Notes: a model not told the origin generated them from the letters alone. 13,094 nucleotides of DNA from Candidatus Hydrogenedentota bacterium (GCA_046583315.1 JAYGCN010000233.1:1-13094), one strand, 5' to 3'. Positions 1-7,820 are shown, counted from the first letter of the stretch. Made by a program: numbers and translations.

Positions 1-146
1 GAGCACGAGCTTTTCAAGAATCGTATCCAACAATAGAACCACCCCCTAACCATTATCCCCGATGATCAAAGCATTCGTCACGCTCAACCTGAACAGGATA
101 CCAGATCCGATTTTGTCGTGTCGAATGGATGGAGCGGACCAATTAA

Positions 147-728
147 CTACTTGGCGGGGAGCGTGGCGGAGAAGGTGATGGGGATATCTTCGGTGATGGA
201 CATGGGATTGAGCGTTTTGGGTTTGCCTATCTTGAAGTCTAATCGATTGAAGGTGAATTTGCCCTCGACTTTCACCGGATCCCTTTGCACTACGCGAAAC
301 TCCAATTTCGGAAAGGTCTTTTTTACACCGTGCAGATTGAAATCCAGTTTGGCCGTGTAGGTGTCACCAGATTTCGTCTTTTTGACCTCGTATATTTTCA
401 ACGTGGCCGCCGGGTACTTCTCCACATCGAAGAAGTCCGCTGTGCGCAGGTGATTGTCGCGTTTCGCTATTTTCGTGTCGATGCTGGCGACATCGACGGA
501 GATAACGATCACGGCTTCAGCGGGGTTTTCCAAATCGAAGGTCGATTCGGTGATGGACCATTTTTTGAATGTGCCGTTCGCCTTCGCAACAGTATTCTTG
601 GCGAAAAACGTGATGCTTCCCGGTGGCGGGGTTTCTTTTTTGGTTTCAGCGAGCTCGGCTAACGGGGCAAGCCCGAACAGTCCCAGGCTTAGCAGGATGA
701 TTGAGAGTAAGATGGGTTTTTTGAACAT
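147..728 (-). CDS. YceI family (lipid/polyisoprenoid-binding) secreted protein
   Basis: 193-aa ORF with a hydrophobic N-terminal signal (MFKKPILLSIILLSLGLFGLA). YceI motifs 'DVASIDT..AKRDNHLRTADFFDVEKYP', 'LHGVKK' and 'FNRLDFKIG'. RBS AAGGAG at 738-743. Confidence 0.93.
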   Translation of the reverse strand: MFKKPILLSIILLSLGLFGLAPLAELAETKKETPPPGSITFFAKNTVAKANGTFKKWSITESTFDLENPAEAVIVISVDVASIDTKIAKRDNHLRTADFFDVEKYPAATLKIYEVKKTKSGDTYTAKLDFNLHGVKKTFPKLEFRVVQRDPVKVEGKFTFNRLDFKIGKPKTLNPMSITEDIPITFSATLPAK

Positions 729-794
729 TTCAGCGGTCTCCTTGAATGTTTGCCGAAACGACGGATGAATAAATTAACACGAATTCGACCGCAA

Positions 795-2174
795 TTATTC
801 AAACGGTGTCGCGAGAAGAGAAATTTTGACGGGGTCTTCTTCGATGGTGGCGAGGTGGAGGAAGAAACTGCCCATTCCTGCTGCACCTTGCATGTATCCT
901 GTTTGCGTTTGGGTGAATTCGGGTTTGATGCGCATTTCGGCGGTGGTCCAGCTGAGTTTTCCGTCTTCTGAGTTGGCCTGAGAGAGGACGTAGCGCGCGA
1001 TTCTTCGACCGAGTTCCAGGTATTTTTCGTCTCCGGTCGCGCTGTAAAGATAGAGGGCGTAATCGCCCAGGCCGGAATCGCCGCAGCATTGACTGACGTT
1101 GTTCCAGAGTCCCTCGCTACGTTTTTCGGGCGCGCCGGTGGATTCCATGCCACGCAGGTTTGCATCAATCCATTCCATCCATTGGCCGTCTCCCGTAATC
1201 TGACTGAGCAGGTACATGAGTCGACCTGTGCCCGCGGGGCCGTGGCATCGTCCCAGATAATAGAGATCGGCCGGTTCGGGACGTTCGTGGTGTGTGACGA
1301 GAATGCCGTCGCCTTTCTTCACTGCGCGGGATTGTACATAGCGTGTGGCCAACAGAGCAGCATTCAGATATTTTTCGTCATTGGTTTCGACGTAGAGGTC
1401 GGCGAAAAAGTATCCGATTCCGGCGGGTCCATGCGCAAAGTTTGGCATGATATACGGTGCGGGCAGATTGTCCATCATGGGCCAGCGCAGTCCGCCTTTT
1501 GTTTTTTCAGCGACCTCCAACAAGCGATCGGCGATCTTGACAGCCCATGCAACCGCGTCGTCGTCCAATCCTTCGCGATGCGCATAGAGCAGCATAACGC
1601 CGACCCCTGCAGAGCCGATGGTCAAGTCATACATTTCGCCTATGTTGGTATTCGCGGCATTGTAGGCTGCGAAGGGATTCTGTTCGATCCATCCGACACC
1701 TGAGCCGAGTTCTTTCGCGTTCGCTTTAATGCGCGCGAGAGCTTTCAATGCACCACTGCGGAATGCGGGCTCCTTCGTGCGTTTGTATAACTCGTTCAGC
1801 ACGAAAACATCAGCCGTTAATCCCGAGTGCAAACTTATCGTGCCGTCCACATTCTTCGCCGACGCAGCAACGATTTCGTGGCCCGCGCGGGTTGCGGTGT
1901 CGAGAAAACGTTGTTCCCCGGTTGCGGCGTAGAGTTCCAGATAATAGAGTGCGATACCACCGCCGCCCTGGTAAAAAGTATGGTTTGACTCGTCGCCTGA
2001 CTCCAGACTTTTTCGCCAGGTCGCTTCATCGAGTTTCTGTGAGGCGATAAACTGCTCGGCATCGAGCGCATGTTTCAGGAACGCTTTGTCAGCGGCCTCC
2101 TGAGCCGTTGTGAACTGGCAATGAACGGTCGAAATGAGAAATGTGGCTAGCAGGAATATTCGATTCTTTTTCAT
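795..2174 (-). CDS. Lanthionine synthetase C-like (LanC-like) protein with predicted Sec signal peptide
   Basis: 459 aa with repeated GxxG helix-start motifs of the alpha/alpha barrel (YQGGGGIA, HSGLTA, IGSAGVG, FAHGPAGIG, RCHGPAG, QCCGDSG, YMQGAAG). N-terminus MKKNRIFLLATFLISTVHCQFTTA|QE looks like a signal peptide. TAAGGT upstream at 2183-2188. Confidence 0.88.
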   Translation of the reverse strand: MKKNRIFLLATFLISTVHCQFTTAQEAADKAFLKHALDAEQFIASQKLDEATWRKSLESGDESNHTFYQGGGGIALYYLELYAATGEQRFLDTATRAGHEIVAASAKNVDGTISLHSGLTADVFVLNELYKRTKEPAFRSGALKALARIKANAKELGSGVGWIEQNPFAAYNAANTNIGEMYDLTIGSAGVGVMLLYAHREGLDDDAVAWAVKIADRLLEVAEKTKGGLRWPMMDNLPAPYIMPNFAHGPAGIGYFFADLYVETNDEKYLNAALLATRYVQSRAVKKGDGILVTHHERPEPADLYYLGRCHGPAGTGRLMYLLSQITGDGQWMEWIDANLRGMESTGAPEKRSEGLWNNVSQCCGDSGLGDYALYLYSATGDEKYLELGRRIARYVLSQANSEDGKLSWTTAEMRIKPEFTQTQTGYMQGAAGMGSFFLHLATIEEDPVKISLLATPFE

Positions 2175-2207
2175 GGATCTAAACCTTATTTTGGGGAATG
2201 CTGTACG

Positions 2208-3497
2208 TCAGCTGAGCAAATCGTTCAGGTGGTCGTTCATGAATCGGCGTTCGGGATCGAGTTGCTCCCGGATTTTCAGAAATGATTCCCATTGCGGGTA
2301 TAACTCGGAGAGTTCTTTGGCTTTGAGTGTGTGCATTTTGCCCCAGTGGGGTCGCCCGTGGTGATTGCGAAAGATGGCTTCGACATCGTTGAAGAAGGCT
2401 TCGTGGGGCAATTCGGCGAGCTGGTGGGCGGAAATGGTTACGGTGTCGCGACCGTTCGCCATGCTGAGGTAAGCATCTTCCTTGCCAACGGTACGGTATT
2501 CCAATGGCATAACAACGTCGGAGTGTTTTCCCATCATGAGTTCGCGCAACTCGAGCAGACAGTCCGGGCCGTTTTCTTCGGGCACCGAGTATTCGATTTC
2601 GTTGAAGCGGCGTGAGCGAACGGTGGGGAAAATCACGTCGCTGTGTCCGATGCGTTCGTTTTCGTTGTCGGGCATCTCGTCGGGCTCGGCTTTGGTGATG
2701 TTCAGGGTCTTGTTCATGCATCCGTCGCGTTGGGACACCCAGAAAAACTCGAAATGACGATTTTCGTCTATTGATTGTTGGAGTGACGAGAAGGTTTCGT
2801 CGAAGGTGCTGATCCAGCCTTTTTCGTGCAGTCGATAGGTTTTCAGGAACTGCATGCGCACGTGGGTAACGATGCCGAGTGCTCCAAGAGATACTTGTGC
2901 CCCGCGAAAAATTTCGGGGCTGTCGTCCATGGAGCAATCGAGAATGTCTCCGGACGCGGTGAGCATACGTAATCCGATAACCTGACTGGAAATGCTCCGG
3001 AGTCCCTTGCCGGTTCCGTGGGTTGCAGTGGCGATGGCTCCCGCGATGGCCTGGCGATCGATGTCGCTGATGTTCTCCATGGCCATGCCGGCTTCTCGAA
3101 GGGGTACGTGCATGTGGCGCATCTTGGTGCCGCCGAGAATGGTGGCTTGCAGCGCGTCCTTGTCGATGTCGACGACGCCTTTCATGTCCGCCATGGATAT
3201 CGTCATGCCGTCGGTGGCGCACAGCGGCGTGAATGAGTGGCCGCTACCGGCGAGGCGCACGGTCCAGTCTTCTTTGTTTGCACGATGCACGAGATCAACG
3301 AGTTGAGATTCGTTTTGTGGTCGCCCGGAGGCAGCGGGGTTGCAGGTCACGGAGCCGGACCAGTTGCGCCATTTTATGGGAGCGTCGGTTGTCTGGGCGG
3401 TCGCGGTATTTGGTGATAGGGCCGAACCCAGCGCAACGCCCGCGACTCCTTTCATAAAAGCGCGGCGATTCAACGTATATGGTGATTCTTTTTTCAT
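2208..3497 (-). CDS. FAD-linked oxidoreductase, D-arabinono-1,4-lactone oxidase (ALO/VAO) family, Tat-exported; SphC-like
   Basis: Motifs 'WRNWSG', 'AGSGHSF' (His at the covalent-FAD position), 'IAGAIATATHGTG', 'SLGALGIV', 'EIEY' and 'GRPHWGK'. Start reassigned from 3572 to ATG 3497: AAAGGA at 3504-3509, no overlap with the upstream gene, and a twin-arginine signal NRRAFMKG...ATA|Q directly after. Confidence 0.92.
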   Translation of the reverse strand: MKKESPYTLNRRAFMKGVAGVALGSALSPNTATAQTTDAPIKWRNWSGSVTCNPAASGRPQNESQLVDLVHRANKEDWTVRLAGSGHSFTPLCATDGMTISMADMKGVVDIDKDALQATILGGTKMRHMHVPLREAGMAMENISDIDRQAIAGAIATATHGTGKGLRSISSQVIGLRMLTASGDILDCSMDDSPEIFRGAQVSLGALGIVTHVRMQFLKTYRLHEKGWISTFDETFSSLQQSIDENRHFEFFWVSQRDGCMNKTLNITKAEPDEMPDNENERIGHSDVIFPTVRSRRFNEIEYSVPEENGPDCLLELRELMMGKHSDVVMPLEYRTVGKEDAYLSMANGRDTVTISAHQLAELPHEAFFNDVEAIFRNHHGRPHWGKMHTLKAKELSELYPQWESFLKIREQLDPERRFMNDHLNDLLS

Positions 3498-3507
3498 GAA
3501 CAATCCT

Positions 3508-4737
3508 TTATTGTGATTTTCCGCGCGCGGCGACAGGCCATAGTTCGGTAACTTTTCCGTCCTCGACCACATGGTATACGTCGTAAAGGTTTACGGTCGG
3601 GTCGCAGTGGGATACCACGAGGCGCGCTTTGTCTCCGAGTTCAAAGGGACGCGACGGATTTTGCAGCTGAATCATACCGTGTTCGTCGCCGCCCCAATGG
3701 TAAATCAATCCGTCGATATCGGCGAACTCCGGTTTCACATCTTCGGCCGCGAAGGATTTGTATCCTGCATCCACGGTGATTAATTCGTCGACCGGTTTAC
3801 TGATTGCGGTTACCAACACGTGCAATGACGGCTGAAAATAATCGAATACGTCGCTGTCGGCATCGCCTATGGCACGGTATTGCACGTCCATGAATGGATA
3901 GGAACCGACCTGCAGATCGGTCACTCCGCTGATGCCGGAATCGATGTCGAAGGTGCCGGTGCCGCCGCCGCTGAATATGTCGATTGGGATTCCTGCGTCC
4001 TCAATGAGTGTTCGCGTTTCCAGGGCCGCGTTCATCGTTTTGACGGATCGTTCTTTGCGTTTGTCGTGGCCGGGGATGTGCATGAGGTGTCCGGCGTAGG
4101 ATTGAAGACCCGCGAGCTTTAAGGAAGAACAGTTGTTCACGATATGTTTGGCCAATTCGAGAGCGGGTTCGCCGAGGGCGATTCCGGTGCGCCGAGTTCC
4201 GGTATCGAGATCGATGAGAACCTGCAATTGCGCACCTGTCGCCTGTGCCGTAGCATTGAAGCGATCGGCGGTGGGAATGTTGTCGATGACCATGATGATG
4301 CCGGAATGTTTTTTGGCCATGGCGACGACGGGGTCGATTTTCTCCTTCGTAACCACTGGAGAGGTGATAAGAATGTTTGAAATTCCCGCGTCGGACATGA
4401 CTTGCGCTTCACCGACTTTGGCGCAACAGATTCCGACGGCGCCGAGTTCCAGTTGACGTTTTGCGATTACGGGGCACTTGTGCGTTTTCGAATGGGGGCG
4501 CACGCCGACACCTTGCGCTTTGGAGTGGTCCGCCATTTTCTTGAGGTTGGATTCAAAGGCCGCGCGGTCGAGCAACAAGGCGGGTGTCGGTACCTCTTCG
4601 AGTGGAATGGGCTCGTCCAGTCGCACCGCGTCAGTCATGATGGCGGCCTCCGCGACTCCTGAGGGACGTATGGCCGCGCCCAAGGTTCCTGCGGTCGCAG
4701 CTTGTATAAATGAGCGTCGTGAAATTGTCCATGCCAT
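3508..4737 (-). CDS. DSD1-family / D-threonine aldolase-like PLP-dependent enzyme (fold type III), Tat signal; SphD-like
   Basis: Motifs 'PTPALLLD', PLP-lysine 'RPHSKTHK', 'RRTG', 'GLQSYAGH', 'GGGTGTF', 'QVGSYPFMD', 'DAGYKS', 'GDEHG' and 'HCDPTVN'. N-terminal SRRSFIQ...AEA twin-arginine signal. RBS AGGAG at 4744-4748. Confidence 0.92.
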   Translation of the reverse strand: MAWTISRRSFIQAATAGTLGAAIRPSGVAEAAIMTDAVRLDEPIPLEEVPTPALLLDRAAFESNLKKMADHSKAQGVGVRPHSKTHKCPVIAKRQLELGAVGICCAKVGEAQVMSDAGISNILITSPVVTKEKIDPVVAMAKKHSGIIMVIDNIPTADRFNATAQATGAQLQVLIDLDTGTRRTGIALGEPALELAKHIVNNCSSLKLAGLQSYAGHLMHIPGHDKRKERSVKTMNAALETRTLIEDAGIPIDIFSGGGTGTFDIDSGISGVTDLQVGSYPFMDVQYRAIGDADSDVFDYFQPSLHVLVTAISKPVDELITVDAGYKSFAAEDVKPEFADIDGLIYHWGGDEHGMIQLQNPSRPFELGDKARLVVSHCDPTVNLYDVYHVVEDGKVTELWPVAARGKSQ

Positions 4738-4772
4738 ATCCTTCTCCTGAAAATGTTCTCGTCTGTTTCGTT

Positions 4773-5936
4773 TTAGGTGTCAAGGGATCGCGCGATCACC
4801 TCTTTCATGACCTCGTTGGCGCCGCCGTATATTTTCTGGCCGCGGCTATCAGCATACAACTGCGCGATGGGATATTCCAACATATATCCGTAGCCGCCGT
4901 GGAGCTGAACGCATTCGTCCACGACTTCGCATTGGGTCTGAGTGCTCCACCATTTCGCCATGGACGCCGTCGGGGCATCCAGAGTTCCGTCAATCAGGCG
5001 TCCAATGCAGTCATTAAGGAATGATCGCAGGACTTCGGTCTTTGTTTTGACCTCGGCGAGCTTGAATCGGGTATTTTGCATGTCCATGAGTCGTTTCCCG
5101 AAAGCTTCGCGCTGTTTTACGTAGGCCAGCGTTTCGCGCAGGGCAAAGTCGCAGGCGGCAAGGGCGGTGAGGCTGATGGATATGCGTTCGAAGGGAAGCT
5201 GGCCCATGAGCTGAAAGAATCCATGCCCCTCGTCACCACCTAACAGATTGTCCTGAGGAACGCGCACGTCTTCGAAGAAAAGTTCGGATGTATCCTGGCC
5301 TTTCATGCCGATTTTATCGAGATTGCGTCCGCGTCGAAAGCCCTCGAGGTCGTCGGTCTCGACAATTATAATTGAAATCCCTCGCGCTCGCGCATTTCGG
5401 TCGGTTTTGCAGACAACACAGATGAGGTCGGCCTGTTGCCCATTAGTGATGAATGTTTTCGAGCCGTTCAACAAGTAGTCGTCGCCGTCTTTTACGGCGG
5501 TCGATTGAATGGCTTGGAGATCGGAGCCGGCGTTGGGTTCGGTCATGGCGATGGCCCCGACTTTTTCGCCTGCGACCAGTGTGGGTATCCAGCGTTGCTT
5601 TTGTTCTTCCGTTCCGAATACGAGAATATAGTGAATGACGTACATGTGTACGCGGATGCCGAGCGCGTAGTCTCCTGTGGCTGCGTGTTCGAGGAAAATG
5701 ACGGCATCGAAAGAGTGGTCTCCGCCGGAGCCGCCATACGATTCCGGCACGGAAGCGCCGAGCAGATCCGCAGCACCGAGTTTCGGCCAAATTTCCCTGT
5801 CAACGACTCCCTGCTTTCGCCAATCATCGAGCTTTGGGGTGACTTCGGCGGCGAAGAATTTGCGAGCGGAATCACGCAACATCACATGCTCTTCAGTCAT
5901 CCACCGGGGCATCAGTTGTGGGTTGGAGGGCTCCAT
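4773..5936 (-). CDS. Acyl-CoA dehydrogenase (long-chain/LCAD-type active site)
   Basis: Signatures 'IAMTEPNAGSDL', 'LNGSKTFITNG', 'KIGMKGQDTSELFF', 'REAFGK', 'QLHGGYGYM' and 'IYGGANE'. RBS GAAGGAG at 5944-5950. No signal peptide. Confidence 0.96.
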   Translation of the reverse strand: MEPSNPQLMPRWMTEEHVMLRDSARKFFAAEVTPKLDDWRKQGVVDREIWPKLGAADLLGASVPESYGGSGGDHSFDAVIFLEHAATGDYALGIRVHMYVIHYILVFGTEEQKQRWIPTLVAGEKVGAIAMTEPNAGSDLQAIQSTAVKDGDDYLLNGSKTFITNGQQADLICVVCKTDRNARARGISIIIVETDDLEGFRRGRNLDKIGMKGQDTSELFFEDVRVPQDNLLGGDEGHGFFQLMGQLPFERISISLTALAACDFALRETLAYVKQREAFGKRLMDMQNTRFKLAEVKTKTEVLRSFLNDCIGRLIDGTLDAPTASMAKWWSTQTQCEVVDECVQLHGGYGYMLEYPIAQLYADSRGQKIYGGANEVMKEVIARSLDT

Positions 5937-5977
5937 CGAATCGCTCCTTCACGTAGGGTCTTATCACGAAAAGGCCT

Positions 5978-5986
5978 AGTATAGCA
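5978..5986 (-). promoter_or_regulatory. Putative extended -10 promoter element (TGnTATACT) for the five-gene operon
   Basis: Minus strand reads TGCTATACT about 41 nt upstream of the ATG at 5936. No recognisable -35 element. Confidence 0.55.
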
Positions 5987-6023
5987 TTCGGGTGGAGACT
6001 ACTGCGTGGCACGGAATGTGTAT

Positions 6024-6053
6024 TTGACACGGCCTGCCGGCTTTCATCACAAT
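6024..6053 (+). promoter_or_regulatory. Putative sigma70 promoter for the cNMP-domain gene
   Basis: TTGACA (6024-6029), 18-nt spacer, CACAAT (6048-6053). Followed by RBS AGGAG (6084-6088) and ATG 6095. Confidence 0.6.
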
Positions 6054-6094
6054 ACCTGACCTATAGATGGTGGTCACTAAAGCAGGAGTTTGGT

Positions 6095-6367
6095 ATGGAA
6101 TTGTCTATGTTACGTGGGCGTATTCTGGATACGCCGTTGGTAAGAAGCCTTCCAGAGGAAATGCGAAACAAGGTTGTAATGTTGCTTTTGTGGATCTCCA
6201 AGACGGAAGAAGTCACGCGTGAGCAGAAGCTGTTTGTTCAGGGCGATGTCGATATTGATCGGGGCTGTCTCATTCTTGAGGGCATGGTGCGCATCATCAC
6301 CGAAGGAAATGACAAGAACATGATTAATGCCCCCGATATCCTCGGCGAGGTTACAGCAGTCGAATGA
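6095..6367 (+). pseudogene. Cyclic nucleotide-binding (Crp/cNMP) domain protein, C-terminally truncated
   Basis: 90 aa with cNMP-domain strands 'KLFVQGD...GCLILEGMVRII...DILGEV'. It stops five codons after the conserved GE, and none of the three forward frames continues with an R-[ST]-A-[ST]-V-type segment. Good RBS and promoter. Confidence 0.65.
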
Positions 6368-6412
6368 TACTAAATGGATACAGACTTTACAAAACCGCCC
6401 CTGAACGTGAAA

Positions 6413-7819
6413 TCAGGAAAGAATCTCGGGAATGAGATGACCGTGGACATCGGTGAGCCGTCGGTGGATGCCGTTGTGCTTGAAGGTGAGTTTTTCGTGG
6501 TCAATTCCGAGCTGGTGCAGTATTGTGGCGTGTAAATCGTAACAATAGGTAGGGTTTTCCGCCGCTTTGTATCCAAATTCATCGCTGGCACCGTAGGTGG
6601 TTCCGCCTTTGAAACCTCCGCCGGCCACCCACGAAGTGAAGGCTTCCGGATTGTGATCACGCCCGATACCTCCCTGACGACACGGCATACGCCCGAACTC
6701 GGTGGTCCAGATGACGATGGTATCATCCAACATGCCGAGTGCCTTCAGGTCTTTTAGTAAGGCGGCGGCGGGTTTGTCCATGGACGTGCCCATTTCGCCG
6801 TGGTGCGTGGGAATATCTTCGTGCGAATCCCAGTTGCGACGTGGGAACCCGTTGTCAGCTCCGCTCCATACCTGGACGAATCGTACGTCACGCTCGAGTA
6901 ACCGGCGAGCAGTGAGACAGTTTCGCCCGAAGTCACGCGTGATTTCCTCGTCGAGACCATAAAGTTTTTTAGTCGCTTCGGATTCGTTGGAAATATCCAA
7001 GGCTTCCGGCGCGGAAAGCTGCAGACGCGCAGCCAACTCGTAGGATTCAATGCGTGCATCAAGTCTGGAGTCACCCTCCCGTTGGGCGCGGTGGCTTTCG
7101 TTAAGTGTTCGTAGAACCTCGCGCGTGTCTTCCTCGTTTTGTTCCGTAGTGAAGTCGGCGTCGCGTGGGTATAGGTCATAAATAGGGTCTTCACGATCCG
7201 GGCGAATCAGCGTGCCTTGGGTGGCAGCGGGCAAGAACCCGCCGGACCAATTTGCGGGTCCGTTGGGCGCGAATCCGCGGCTATCAGGCAACACCACGAA
7301 GGTCGGCAGTTCGTCGGTCATACTGCCAAGTCCATAAGTCACCCAGGAACCCATGCTGGGAAATCCGGGTAATACGAAGCCGGAGTTCTGCATGAAGGTG
7401 GCGGGGCCGTGAATGTTGGTGGTCGCTTTCATGGAATGGATGAAGGCGATGTTATCGACGCATTCAGCGAGATGTGGTACCAACCCGCTCATCCATTTTC
7501 CACTTTCTCCGTATTGTTTCCAGTCCCAGGGACTCTTGAAGAAGGTGCCGGGATCACTCTGAAACAATTCGATTTTGTCGTCGATATCGAAAGGATCGTC
7601 GTGCCGCTTGATAAGTTCGGGTTTGTAATCAAACATATCGATGTGGCTGGCGCCGCCGGACATAAACATCTGTACGACACGCTTTGCTTTGGGAGCGTGA
7701 TCGAGTTTCGTGGCGGCAAGTAATTGACCCTCGCGTCCGAGCAGATCGGCGAGCGCGATCCCCCCGATTCCTCCACCGAGTCCCCACAAAAAATCGCGTC
7801 GCGTCATTGGTTTTTTCAT
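6413..7819 (-). CDS. DUF1501 domain-containing protein (Tat signal)
   Basis: Motifs 'PKAKRVVQMFMSGGASHIDMFDYKP', 'PSMGSWVTYGLGS', 'ARRLLERDVRFVQ', 'WDSH', 'TTEFGRMP', 'GRDHNP' and 'DLHATILHQLGIDH..LT'. Start reassigned to ATG 7819 (MKKPMTRRDFLWG), 1 nt after the upstream stop codon. Confidence 0.93.
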   Translation of the reverse strand: MKKPMTRRDFLWGLGGGIGGIALADLLGREGQLLAATKLDHAPKAKRVVQMFMSGGASHIDMFDYKPELIKRHDDPFDIDDKIELFQSDPGTFFKSPWDWKQYGESGKWMSGLVPHLAECVDNIAFIHSMKATTNIHGPATFMQNSGFVLPGFPSMGSWVTYGLGSMTDELPTFVVLPDSRGFAPNGPANWSGGFLPAATQGTLIRPDREDPIYDLYPRDADFTTEQNEEDTREVLRTLNESHRAQREGDSRLDARIESYELAARLQLSAPEALDISNESEATKKLYGLDEEITRDFGRNCLTARRLLERDVRFVQVWSGADNGFPRRNWDSHEDIPTHHGEMGTSMDKPAAALLKDLKALGMLDDTIVIWTTEFGRMPCRQGGIGRDHNPEAFTSWVAGGGFKGGTTYGASDEFGYKAAENPTYCYDLHATILHQLGIDHEKLTFKHNGIHRRLTDVHGHLIPEILS

Positions 7820-7820
7820 A

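Noticed and set aside
1..36. Possible gene edge: plus-strand end (EHELFKNRIQQ*) or minus-strand TTG start (LDTILEKLVL) after GGGGGT
   Set aside because: Too short to decide between the two readings, so neither is called.
98..132. Possible terminator hairpin downstream of yceI
   Set aside because: Pairing is weak and interrupted, and there is no U-tract.
795..2174. Lanthipeptide biosynthetic gene cluster
   Set aside because: No dehydratase, precursor peptide, protease or ABC exporter in the window, and the LanC-like protein has an export signal.
2179..3222. 347-aa Arg/His-rich ORF on the minus strand
   Set aside because: Alternative frame lying almost wholly inside the ALO oxidase gene. Its composition is typical of a GC-rich shadow frame and it has no motifs.
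3498..3572. Longer start for the oxidase (454 aa in the track)
   Set aside because: It overlaps the upstream gene and would bury the Tat signal. ATG 3497 has an RBS.
6017..6032. CRP-like site near the cNMP-domain gene
   Set aside because: TGTGT-N6-CACGG does not match the TCACA half-site of TGTGA-N6-TCACA.
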